In this document: piece by piece, positions 50,345-61,956 of the stretch | Layout: every line of letters starts with the position of its first letter | Position numbering within the stretch: position 1 is the stretch's first letter | Assembly (NCBI GenBank): GCA_030295235.1 | Contig: AP026134.1 | Span: 62,001 to 126,000 of the forward strand | DNA from: Fistulifera solaris | Taxonomy: Eukaryota | Reading direction: 5' to 3' | DNA length: 64,000 nucleotides | Notes under the pieces: generated by a model | Databases searched by the model: none | The model's input: the letters and a program-made list of their open reading frames with translations, nothing else | What the model was told of the DNA's origin: nothing | Translations under genes and position numbers: made by a program

Positions 50345-50710
50345 ATGGCTGTTGAAGACGAAAGCAAGGTCGTTAACCGACAAGCTGTAGGAGCGCACCC
50401 TCTTCGTCGTAATCTGATACGACCTCGACCCTTAGGAGAAAGGGAGAGATACGCAATACTCATCAAAGTGCTCATGAAATATCTCGATCACGTCGAGCGA
50501 ACCCACCTGAAGCAACCCGCTCGTGACATTATTCTTCACTGTGTTCGGCGCAATCGTATGGGGGACAAAGAATACATGCCGCTGCAGGAAGCTATTAGTC
50601 AACGACTTCGAATTTATTTGGGTGGTGAAATTTGGGATAAAGTCGATCACTTTTGCCATCAGCAATTTCTCAAGCACACACTTCCCCCAGCTTCCGTCTC
50701 CTCTGAATAA
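50345..50710 (+). CDS. Small helical hypothetical protein (121 aa)
   Basis: accATGG start; ILIKVLMKYL...ARDIILHCVRRNRMGD...PLQEAISQRLRIYLGGEIW amphipathic helices. Confidence 0.6.
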   Translation: MAVEDESKVVNRQAVGAHPLRRNLIRPRPLGERERYAILIKVLMKYLDHVERTHLKQPARDIILHCVRRNRMGDKEYMPLQEAISQRLRIYLGGEIWDKVDHFCHQQFLKHTLPPASVSSE

Positions 50711-51038
50711 AAGGTTGATGGTTGGCTCAATCCGAGTTATTCCTCTTCTAAGCTACTACAGTTCTCGCGAAGAGCCGTGTGGCTCGCGTAGCCAGGGAGG
50801 ATTTTGCAAACTTAAAACTAATGTAGATGATTTACGCATTCATAGTTATGATGTTTAGTTTTTGTCTAGGAAATCAATTACAGCTACGGTTACGAAGGAG
50901 CCCAAACTGTCGGATTGTGAAATGAAATGATATTCGTCACCGTGTCACGAACACGGTCGGAAGCGAACTCCGCGCTGGTTCTTGAGGCCTGAATCATTGT
51001 TAACTACTACGGGTCACTTAAGATCTCCTGCGTTACAG

Positions 51039-53441
51039 CTAGGACGAAACCGATTCATCTTTTCTCCTTGAACATCGCTCCCTTATGCTCAGAGTAACGC
51101 GAACAATGGCTCTAGGTGTTTCCAAGTCGCCCAGTTCACCCAGAGCAATGCCATCGTTTCCCACCAGTGGAAGTACTTCTTGTACTTTAAGGTCCAAACT
51201 CTTCCAAGCAGTGGGCCTTGTTCGTCTGGTGAAGTGGGTGAAAAGAAGCGGGTGCACCTGATCGTTAATATAGGGTACAGAAATGTAATAATCTATCGTT
51301 CCATTCATCATTTCAGCGAAGGAACGATAAGCCTTCATTCTACCAACGTGCCACTTTCGTCAGGTTCTAGCTCTTGAGGGAGCACTTGAGCTGTAACACT
51401 CCAAGGTCCTACGGTTTTGGCTTTACCATACTCAAGTTGTTCACCTACAGCAAATCGATCGGCTTCTCGGAATGGAAAACACCGTGGATAAAAAACGGAT
51501 ACCGTACCATCTTTTTGTAAATGAACTCCGTAATCCTTTCGACACTGCAGCCACCCTTCCTTCAAAGTCTTCGCTTGCACTCGTTCCAGAAAGGAGACGA
51601 CGCTTTTATCCGAAAACATGCCCAGTCCAGCCGAGTGCAAGACTTCCCGTAGAACGAATTTCCAGAAAAAGAGTCCCTGTTCTTTCCAAGGCGCAGTCGC
51701 AAACTGTAATCCCATTGGTTTGTACGTGGTCTGATCTAGAAACGGCTGTAACGCTAATTGGTGGAAGAGAGCCCGGCATTCATCACTTTCCACCGCTAAC
51801 GCACTCAGATTGTTCATAGAACCCTCTCCATACACCTCTTCGAGTAAAGGCACTAGCCGATTCCGTAACTTGCCCCGCGTGGACCAATGCGGGGTAGTAT
51901 CTTTGAAATAGGGCACGCCAAACTGATGTGCGTAATCAAATATAGCAATTTTTTCCAACGGCAGCAGTGGTCGCAATAGTGTCACTCCGTCATTCTGCGA
52001 CACTGCCGTCATGCCGCTCAAATCGAGTGGCCCGCATCCTTTGTGTGCGTTGGACAGGACATTTTCTCGCAGATCCCCCCTTATGATGACCCAAGAGAAT
52101 TCCAATGCCATCAAACTCCTCAATGGCATCGCGGTACGCCTGATAACGGATTTCCCGAGCGATCCGCTCATATTCATCCCGTGCTGTAATGCCTCGCGTG
52201 ACTTCATCAATGCGACGGCAACGATAAACAATGCCTAGCTGGTCACAGTAGTGCTGCACGTATTGCGCTTCGGCGGATGATTCTGGTCGATTGGCATAAT
52301 CGATGTGCACCGCAACCAGAGGGGGCAATTGAAATTGCGCCCGCAATTGATTCAACACAAACGCAATCACCATGCTATCAACACCGCCCGATAACGATAC
52401 AATCCAAGTTTTTGTTTCCTTGTGTGGTACGTGTGTTTGCACAAAATCTTGTAACGTTCGTGTCACAGCATGACGCGGAGCAAGTGTCAAATCGGCGGGG
52501 AATGCCGCACATTCCAAGATATCATCGTCCGTAAAACCTCTTTCGTCATCACCACGACGACGTTCTTCATCGTAAAGTACCGCCATGCGTCGATTCGTGG
52601 CGGTACGGAACCGCCGTAATAATTCATGACATTGCTCCCACACGTCAGTCGCATGCGCAATTTGTGTTTGGACGTATTGTACGGTTTCGCGGCATGACTG
52701 ATGCCGATACGGCATTAGTGCAAAGACCATCATCGGTATTGGTATCATGGACGTCTGCCACTCTGTAGCATGTTCCTTTTGCAAGCATTCGGCAATTGAA
52801 AAGGCCGGTTGATCCAATTGCGATTGGGGAGGCAAAGGCGATGAAAAAGAAGCGTAATACCGTTGCATATGACGAGCCATTTGATCGAGTAAAATGATGG
52901 CAGCCATTTTCCCGCGGTAGCCGTACTGATCTGCACACCACGGCAACGCTGCATTGGTTTGGTATTCATTCCACACATATTGGATGGAAGCCATAAATTG
53001 TTGCGCAATTTGTTCGTCTACTTTCTTCCGTTTGGCTTCATCGGTAATCATCCATAACTTCTTTTGAGCTTGTTGAGGAGGGTATTGGCCGAACCAATAA
53101 TTTAATACGTTTTCAATTTGCTGTAACTCCTTGAACGATGCATCAGTTGGGGTTTTATTCGAGTTCGACATGGCATTCCTCTCCTCCGAGGTGCTCTCCA
53201 CGTGTTTTGCGTTCTCCATTACCGTCGTTTGAGCCGATGGTAGCATTCGTTGCAGCATCGGTCGCAAATATTGTTTCCACAGTTTCATCAGCACTGGTTG
53301 CTTCCAGCGCGCCAGAATCAGTCCCAATACCAGCATGGATGTTCTCCTCCTCGTGATGGCAGGTGTCGGAAGAAACGCATTGCGTCCCAACGGTGCGAAT
53401 GGTGATATTGCTCCCGATGATGAAGCCATGTCAAAGTGCAA
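51039..53441 (-). CDS. tilS: tRNA(Ile)-lysidine synthetase (TilS/PP-loop) fused to an N-terminal DUF924-like domain; frameshifts ~52078 and ~51340; start uncertain
   Basis: PP-loop VSLSGGVDSM, HIDYANR, ERIAREIRY, LLGHH.GD..EN, LLRPLL, VPYFKDTTPHWSTRGKLRN; upstream VLNYWFG...VDEQIAQQF...AAIILLDQMAR...FALMPYRH. Confidence 0.85.
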
Positions 53442-54199
53442 GGAAGCCTCTTAGTTCAATTCTTGAAGAAGTTCCAGCAATGCGTAAATCTCTTTATGCT
53501 ATTTCATTACTTTCTTTCCTGGCCAACAAGGATGCTTTGGTAACATACTCCGAGTAAGCGGTTTTTGTTATTGTTATTGTTATCATAGAACAGCTAGATG
53601 CGAGGTGACGAGGTGACGCACAGACGAAATGTTCCCGCGCATTCGAGTCATGAGCATGATCCAACTATTTCCGTTCCCTATTCGTTTCGTTTCTCACATC
53701 AAATAATGAATGTACTAATAATTTTTTTAAAAGACCAAACAATAAACTTATACTCCGTACTCCGTATATTATTCCTAATTTCCTAACGTCAGAATGTAAT
53801 CTAGACATTCGACTGAATTTTCCATTTTTCATCTCATTTTTCACATACGGAGTACATTTCAGTCTGACACTTTGCTGAGTAGACTTTGGTTATTCCTAAT
53901 TTCCTTATTTACACTACTTTATAATCCCACAAGACGTAACTCGTGACAGAAAATGACGTCAAAGTGTGCCCAAACCACGGTTCCTGCATTTCGATGAACT
54001 TGGTGCGAATTTTTTAACCAATCAGCATGTGCTGGAACTAAATCGAACGAAATAAAGGTTAAGTCCAACCTTTGTTGACATTTACCTAGAAAGAAACAGT
54101 CCTTTCAAGACAACCAGTCGAAAATGGGCTCATAAAAAACCAGATCATCCGATTCAGTGTCCTGCAGCAAACATCTCGCTCATCAGTCCAATCCCAGCC

Positions 54200-55357
54200 A
54201 TGAAGATCGCTCTCTTTCTCTCCGTCTTGACTGGACTCTTGTCTTTGATCCAAGCTCGTCTCCAAGCTACGGTGCGCGAACAAGCCGAGGAAATGGCCGC
54301 GAAACTCGGTGGCAAGAAAAAGCAACTGGGATGGCATGCTCCCATTCGCGTCTCCTTCAAAATGGAACACTTCAAGTCGTTCCAAGAACCCGACGAGTTC
54401 AACAAGAAGGTCGCGGCGGGAGCTTTCAATCGCGCCTTTGAACAGGTCTTTGAGGGCATGTCGACGGATTGGGGCTTCATTGACAGTCTCGTGGAAGTCC
54501 CCGAGGATCCCACCTTTCTTGGTCGCGTGAACTACCACAAGAACAAGAAGAACCAGAGCAAGAACAACAATCACAAGCCATCCAACAACAACAACAACTC
54601 GAATCCAGGAATTAAAAACACCTGGACCATCCCTTACGGAACCTACACGACCGACGCGTGGTGCCGTCTGTGTCCTCCTGATTTGTTGAGTAGCGGCAAG
54701 AATGGCGAAAGCTTCTCGAACTTTCTTAAAGACCAAGCCAAGTGGGATGAAGCCGCCAAATTGTTTTGTGCGGAATTGAAAGGAACGGGAATTGAGAATT
54801 TTGAAGACATCAAGAACTGCGCTTTTACCGTCAGCTACCTGGGAGCGAACGAGCTAGAAATGATGGAGTCCAGTGTATCGACGGAGGTCATGTCGAGTTT
54901 GGAAGTATCCGGAAGCACCAAGAGTATCATTACAGCATTCAATATTCGCTCATCGGCTTCGTTCAACATGGATGTTCTCGAGAAGTCGTTCGCTGTCGCC
55001 TACAACAATGTGTTTGAAGATTATGGATACGTCGTGGAGGGCGTTCAGCTTCTCCGTCAAGTCATCGCTTCGCAAAATGCTGAAAGTTCGACGGCTGTAC
55101 TAGTGCATGACAACAATATCGCCCTTTCGGCCGACCGCGGCGCATTGGTGACAACCAGGTTTTGGGTGAACATTGACTGGAAGTGCCAGAACTGCAACGC
55201 GAGAGACCTGCTTCCCGGTGTTTTGTTGCAGAACATGCCCGAGATTGGTCGTCATAACATCTTGGAATCGTACCTCTGCAACAATTTGCGCGATTTCGGT
55301 GATGCGAGTCTTGCGGACGTTACCGGATGCGGCATTGTCTTTCCGGAAGGCATGTAG
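54200..55357 (+). CDS. Secreted protein made of two homologous Cys-containing domains
   Basis: Signal peptide MKIALFLSVLTGLLSLIQA; duplicated motifs AFNRAFEQVFE/SFAVAYNNVFE, WCRLCPPDLL/KCQNCNARDLL, LFCAELKGTG..DIKNC/YLCNNLRDFG..DVTGC. Confidence 0.78.
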   Translation: MKIALFLSVLTGLLSLIQARLQATVREQAEEMAAKLGGKKKQLGWHAPIRVSFKMEHFKSFQEPDEFNKKVAAGAFNRAFEQVFEGMSTDWGFIDSLVEVPEDPTFLGRVNYHKNKKNQSKNNNHKPSNNNNNSNPGIKNTWTIPYGTYTTDAWCRLCPPDLLSSGKNGESFSNFLKDQAKWDEAAKLFCAELKGTGIENFEDIKNCAFTVSYLGANELEMMESSVSTEVMSSLEVSGSTKSIITAFNIRSSASFNMDVLEKSFAVAYNNVFEDYGYVVEGVQLLRQVIASQNAESSTAVLVHDNNIALSADRGALVTTRFWVNIDWKCQNCNARDLLPGVLLQNMPEIGRHNILESYLCNNLRDFGDASLADVTGCGIVFPEGM

Positions 55358-55914
55358 TAGAGACCAGCCGCTGGATTTATTTGGAGAAAGTTTCGTAGAT
55401 CTCAGTTGTTGCTTATTGAGCTCTTGTAGCGAGACATCGCTCCCTTACATACATATTATTGCCTGGGCCAAGGAATGTAGCTTATAACTGCGTTTGCTAT
55501 ATAACAGGGCGTCATTACAAACACTGATATTTATCTCGTTTGCAATAATTATACCCTGGTACCAGGTAACCAAACTCTTCATCATTACTCCGTATTCTTT
55601 TGCAACACGGCGAAGCCATGTGTAACACCGGAACGACACTTAGTTGTGTTTATTTGATGACGTCCACTGTCATTCCTTCCTACATTAAGCCTCACAATAT
55701 TGAAACCCGCTGTGTGTACTCCACGTCAGATTCATGCGCGATTCATTCCGGCACACCTTTCTTGCACTTTCATCGACCGTTCACAATTTCCGACTTTCGA
55801 CTCATCTCTTTTCTTTCGACAACGAATCCGTACCTGGTATCATTCATCCGCAAACACCAGAAAAAGAACCCTTGTCCTCTTCTCTCAGCCAAAAGCTGAA
55901 TCTATCATTTAGCA

Positions 55915-56741
55915 TGATGATGAGTGAAGCACACTTTATACGGCTGGTCGTACTTTATTGTCTTTTCATCGGCCAAGTCGCCGCCAATTGTCCCCCGTCC
56001 GTCGTTTCCTCGTTTGAAGAATTGCACGAATATTGTCCGGATGCCAGTGCCGATAATGGTGATTACGCCTGCTACAAACACGATCGTGTGGTTTGTCGAG
56101 GATCGATTGATCATCGGCGTACACCGCCGTCCTGTACGCATTCCTCGATTCGCGATTGCGGTGACGATGAATATTATCACGTGTGTGCTTATGGACACAA
56201 AAATTGCAATCATCGTTCCGATTATACCTTTGTTTGTTGGGACAAGCAACAAGGACATTGGTGTCAAGGATCCATTGAGCCCGATAAGGGGACATGGTCG
56301 CATCCGACGTGTCCTCGCGATGCTTTATACGATTGTGGGGATTTGTATCGATACGGATTGAATGTTGCTCGGGATTGTTCGTGTTCCGGATTTTTCGGAG
56401 GTCCCGTTCAATATGAATGCCGCGAACCGAATGGTCGTGTTTGGTGTTCGTATCGATCGAGCTTTTTCGGAGGTCATTCATCGTCGTGGTCATCTAGTTG
56501 GACATGGAGTGCGTTGTGGGTCTGGGGGACATCTTCTCATCATAAGGCGGAGAATAGGGAGTATTCTGCAACGCGAAATTCTGTTGGACCATGGGGGATC
56601 GGTTGCATTGCGATTATAGCTGTAATAGCAGTTCTAGCTGTTGTTCGCCGCCGAAAGGAAACAACTCGAGCCCCCAACATTTTCAGACAAATGAGCAGCG
56701 ACATCCTCATGAATCGACGGCCCTCTTGTCGACTTTGTTAA
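55915..56741 (+). CDS. Cys-rich type I membrane protein with ~3 internal repeats
   Basis: Signal-like RLVVLYCLFIGQVAA; repeats C..GSI...P.C....DCGD..Y; TM GIGCIAIIAVIAVLAVV followed by RRRK. Confidence 0.68.
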
Positions 56742-56897
56742 AAGTGTAATGCACCTTCTCAATCAATGCATCGCAATCACCGTAAGGCTTTCTCCTTCAA
56801 CTTTACGAGTTAGATCACTTCTCATACATAGAGTATATAAACTTGTGTCCTTCGATTCGCCTACTAAAATTACAATGTATTCTGTGTCTAGATGAGC

Positions 56898-57455
56898 TTA
56901 AGCTTCGTCCATTCGGTCGTCGGTAGCAGACGATACAGCTTTCGGATTGACCAACTCGCGCATCGCACTCGATTTTTTGCGGGCCGCAATGCGGGCTTTC
57001 GCGGAATCGACCACATTCCGCATGACTTGTTCGCGGGTGGCGACCGCCGGGGCCAACAAATCAATCGATTTCTCAATCTCGACACGCGCCTGTTTCTTCT
57101 TTTCAACCGCGGCATCTTTCATACGGGCCGCGAAGAAGCGTTGATCACGGGCTGTTTGAATTTCTGTGACTTTCTGCATCGCCTGCAAGGTCTGGCCCAT
57201 TAAGTGACGGTCGTATTTGACGGGACGGTTGCGGCGTTTCTCGAATTCGAATGTACTGTCGACAGCCATTTCTTTGCCGCGTGTTTTGCGGAAGGCTTTC
57301 GTCCATGCAACTTTGCGTGGATTGCGTTTCTTATTAAAATTGCGAATACATTTGGATCGACAAAAACGAAATTGTTTGCTGTCGTTGCGTACAAACACCA
57401 TGCCGTGCCCCGGATAGCACGGGCTAGAGCAGAAATAACACTTTTCAATTCTCAT
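56898..57455 (-). CDS. RLP24: Ribosome biogenesis protein RLP24 / RSL24D1 (L24e family)
   Basis: [25 protein letters not shown]...FCRSKC...[15 protein letters not shown]...[18 protein letters not shown]. Confidence 0.96.
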   Translation of the reverse strand: MRIEKCYFCSSPCYPGHGMVFVRNDSKQFRFCRSKCIRNFNKKRNPRKVAWTKAFRKTRGKEMAVDSTFEFEKRRNRPVKYDRHLMGQTLQAMQKVTEIQTARDQRFFAARMKDAAVEKKKQARVEIEKSIDLLAPAVATREQVMRNVVDSAKARIAARKKSSAMRELVNPKAVSSATDDRMDEA

Positions 57456-57828
57456 TCTTGTATTTTTCTGGTGTTGTTGCTAATATATCTGTTGTGCAAT
57501 ACAGTTGGTGCTGGTGTTGTCGTGCATGAGCATGTCTGCCCTTTCGTCGCGCCTTTTACCGTGTTCCTCGAAAGTTCAATGGTGGTAAAAATTACGTCCG
57601 TCCGTCGTCAACGAGCAAAGAGGATCTTGCTAAACTCACAACGGTACACTACAGGTTCCGACTAAAAAGTGCTGGCATACCAGGTGCTTTCTTATTCTCG
57701 TCAACTTTTTCAACCATTTTAATGAAAAGCGCATTAGCTGACTTTTCAAAAATAAACGCTTCTACTTCGATTTAGACCATACAAAAATGACCGACTCGGT
57801 GGATATGGGTTGCCAAAGATTGTCATTG

Positions 57829-58813
57829 TCATCGAGCATCCCGGATATTCCGCCAAGCTTCCTGCATCCGACTTGCTTGTCCTCGAGTGAAAATGTCGTC
57901 ACATCCTGATGGAGCGTAATCCATGATGTTGTTTAACGGATCCCGTCCACTTTGGTTCGGACAGGTATCAGGTAGCGGATTGGGGCATTCACCCTCATAT
58001 ATTCCGTGATACGATGCCTGAGCGTTGGTGTCGTCGACCAAATCGCCTGGGGAACAACCTCCATCAAAGGTATGGAAGAGGTTCATCCAGTGACCTGGAT
58101 AGAGCCGTGAGACTTACGTAGGATAGAAAGTTTAAAGAATTTTTCGTGAACGTACCAACTTCATGTGCCAACGTGGTCTTGTCAATACCCCGAGTACAGC
58201 CAGAATCGATCACGACGCCATCCCTGGTTCCCATCCAGACGGCATCCTCAGCCATATTCGCGTATCCACAAAAACGTTCGTTTCCTATGATGGCGGCTTT
58301 GTAATACACATTGAGTGCGTTTAGACCCCCTTCTCTATATTGACTTTCCATCGCATTCTGCTCAGGCGAATCCCATTTGGACATGTACCAGCTATTACTG
58401 GTGACTCGATTCGTCGACACAACATTCAACTGAATCCCAGTCGATGACAAAAGGTTGTTGGTGACTTTTATGTTTTCGTCAAGAACAGCGTTCGACAAGA
58501 ATCCGGTGCCGTCGGTCATTTGGATGGCATGAAGGTAGGTGTCGATCTCGATTCGAGAGCGCCCAAAGTTGCAAGGGAAACGAACTTGTGATGCCGATGC
58601 ACGCTCCTGTTCTACTCGTGCCACCCGCTCTTCTTGTGCAATGGCCATCTTTTCAATGGTAGCACTATCGGGCGCTTGATATCCACAACCGTGTGGCTTC
58701 TGCGAAAGGAGTCGGTGATGGTCATGATCGTGTAGGATATTATCCTCATGATCATGCGAGAGGACAAACGGCGCAGATAGAGCGCAAAGGAGAAACACAG
58801 TCAATTTCGCCAT
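57829..58813 (-). CDS. M43 (pappalysin/ulilysin-type) zinc metalloprotease, copy 1; intron 58095-58155
   Basis: Signal peptide, His-rich pro-region with GCG, zinc motif LAHEVG|HWMNLFHTF, Met-turn NIMDY. Confidence 0.9.
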
Positions 58814-59388
58814 TGTCTTTTGCCTTTGAAAATCTTTTTCTTGTTGAGTAATGCGATCATTATTATTTGCGTTGGCCAAAAGGAGAAAACGGAGACGCGA
58901 CAACCCCGACGACCTCCTCCTCCTTTTCGTACATTACCAGGTATAGTTCGTCCAAAACAAACGCGAAACGCGAGAATGCGGCACTTCCAGTTTCCAGTGA
59001 TTTTCTCACAGTTCTATTGGTAGTAGCTTGTAAGAAATCGATACAATTGTACCTACTCAAAAACGGATACCGACAATAGATGACGGGGAGACTCCATGAA
59101 AACCTAACAAAATGCAATGTCCCAGATTCATTCGTAGGCGCCGATGTCCGAAGTCCAATGCACAATCAGAATGCAGTCCCCTCCCTGTCTTTTCTTGGAC
59201 AATTCACGAATGCTTTACGAGGAGTTCTATGTGGATCACTTTTTGCATTATTTTAAAATTTAGATGTAAGGTTAGTCTAAGGTATAAAAGGACTCCGTGA
59301 TTAACACAATATTAATCCGTAGAGAACAATAACTTCCTTTTATAAACTTGCAAATAGTGGTACCGTACTAGTCGACCGTCCCTCCTCA

Positions 59389-60392
59389 TCAAGCATCTCG
59401 GATATTTTTCCAAGCTTCTTGCATCCGTCTTGCCTGACCTCGGGTAAAACGATTAACACATCCCGACGGAGCGTAATCCATAATGTTGTCCAAGGGATCT
59501 CGTCCGGGCTGATCCGGGCACGTATCAGGTAGCGGATCGGGACTGTCGTAGCCAGGTTCTGTGTAATACGAGGCCTGAGCGTTTGTGTCGTCGACTAAAT
59601 CTCCGGGAGAACATCCTCCGTCAAATGTGTGAAATAGATTCATCCAATGTCCTAAAAGCCATAGTAAGTTTGAAAGGGTAGACTTGCAACAGTTACAGAA
59701 TGTTTGCCTTTCAATGAACTTACCGACTTCATGTGCCAATACGGAATCAGCAGTAGCACAATTTGAATCCATCACAATGCCATCCTGAGTTCCCATCGAG
59801 ATCGCATACTCGGCCAAGCTCGCATATCCGCACCAACGGTCGTTGTCTATGATTGCAGCTTTGTAGTAAATGTTTAGTGTATTGGGACCCCCTTGCTTAT
59901 ACTGACTTTCCATGGCTTTCTGCTCGTCAGTATTCCAATTGGACATGTACCAGATATCGCTGGTGACGCGATTCTTTGAAATGAGATTTAACTGGAAGCC
60001 GGTCGCTAATATGTGTTTGTTGGTGTTTGCCACGTTTTCTTCAAGTACAGCATCAGACAAAAAGCCAGTTTCGTTGGTCATTTCAACAGCATGAATGTAT
60101 GTGTCGATGTGGACGACTTGCGTGTCAGAGCGCGCAGGGTTGCAACGCAAAAGAGCTTGCGATGTAAATGCGCGCTCCTGTTCTATCCGCGCCATCCGCT
60201 CCTCTTGAGCGATGGCCAGTCTTTCAATGGTAGCTTTATCAGGTGCTTGAAACCCACAACCACGAGGCTCCTGTGAAAGGAGTAGGTGGTGGTCATGGTT
60301 GTGGAAGATATGACCCTCTGAGTGGGTGGTGCATTACTCATGGCTCATGGCTGTAGTGGTCAAAGTAAGTCGAAAGACGCTGATTTTTGCAT
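59389..60392 (-). pseudogene. M43 metalloprotease copy 2, 5' end disrupted; intron 59652-59723
   Basis: Catalytic domain intact (HEVG|HWMNLFHTF, NIMDY). The ATG at 60392 is one base out of frame, there is an in-frame TAA at 60334-60336, and the signal peptide is degraded. Confidence 0.6.
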
Positions 60393-60517
60393 GCCAGACG
60401 CGCAGCGGCAACAACGAATGTTTCAAACACGAAACGAATTTTTTTGAACCAATGATTTTGAGGGATTACGTATATTATTAAAAGGCAGCATCGAAAAGTG
60501 CTTCCCGGATAGTCTGA

Positions 60518-61454
60518 TCAAGCTCTTCGGATTTTCCTCCAGGCGTCGTGCATGCGTTGAACTTGACCTGGGGTAAAGATATCACCACATCCGTTGGGAG
60601 CATAATCCATAATGTTATCCAAGGGATCGAAACCCGCGTCGGGGCAGGTATCGGGCAACGGATCGGGACACTCCTCACTCAAATACTTCATCGGCATGGC
60701 CTGTCCGTTCGTGTCGTCTACCAAATCTCCAGGAGAACAACCTCCATCAAATGTGTGAAGAAGATTCATCCAATGACCTAGCCAAAAGAGCTTTTTTTGT
60801 GAGATGCTGTGCGACACTTCGTCCCAGCACGCCGACAAACGTACCAAATTCATGAGCCAAAATAGTCTTGTTGGTAGCGCAAAGCGTATCGACAACAACG
60901 CCGTCGTCCTCCGGCCAATACACCGCATCCTCTGCTAAGTTGGCGTAACCACAAACACGGTCACCATCTACAAAAGCGGCCTTGTAATAAATATTCAAAG
61001 TATCGAGTCCTCCTTGTTTCAGTTGACGCTTTATGTCCATTTCTTCGTCGGAATCCCAATCGGAAATGTACCAAACATCATTCGTGATGCGATTCGTCGA
61101 AACGACCTTTAATTGAAACCCGGTCGACCACAATAACTCGTTCGTGACTTTGATGTTCTCTTCAATGGCAGCGTCAGGTAGATGACCCGTTCGATTCATC
61201 ATTTGAATAACATGAATGTACGTATCAATAGTTCGGAAGCGAGAGCCACTACCACAGGCGTCACAACGAAAGAGACCACGCGGTGAGGTGCTCTTTTCCA
61301 AACGTCGCTCGTCGCGATGGGCCATGTCTTCCATCGCCGCCACATCGGGTGCACGATAGCCACAGCCTCGTGCCGGCGAAGAAGAATCATCATGATGATC
61401 GTGGGACAAGACCGTCGCGATGAAGTACAACAGAATGATGCTCACGGCCTTCAT
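60518..61454 (-). CDS. M43 metalloprotease copy 3; intron 60778-60844
   Basis: MKAVSIILLYFIATVLS signal, RGCG, LAHEFG|HWMNLLHTF, NIMDY. Confidence 0.9.
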
Positions 61455-61956
61455 TGTAATCAATAATTTTGCGTAAGCGATTTTGGGATCCAATGTCAGC
61501 TTTGGAAATGTATGTTTCTTTTCAAGAACACCCACCGACGAATTTGGTAACACAAAAACGATGCCGCCAGTGGGAGTGCTGGGGACTCCCATTCCCCTTT
61601 TCCCGCACACTTCTTTCTTTCATTGACACTATCCAAAAAGAACCAAGAAAAAGTAAAAGTGAAATGGACTCCCACCGTTTCGTTCTCGCCGGCATGCAAT
61701 GCGGCAAAAATCGCAACAAAGTGCAACCCTTACCAGGTATCGTCGCGGTGGGAATTGTCGAGTGACGTATAATTCACGAACCAACAAACACGAGTGAATT
61801 TCCTATCTTATTCACGAAAATCATTTTTAATAGAATAGCTTCTAAGCTCATGCCAGGTAGGTTTTTCCTAGAATATAAAATACTGCATTACACTTTGCAC
61901 GGACCATATGCCAGTCCTATTATCATATGCATCAACATCAATCATCACAATACTTG

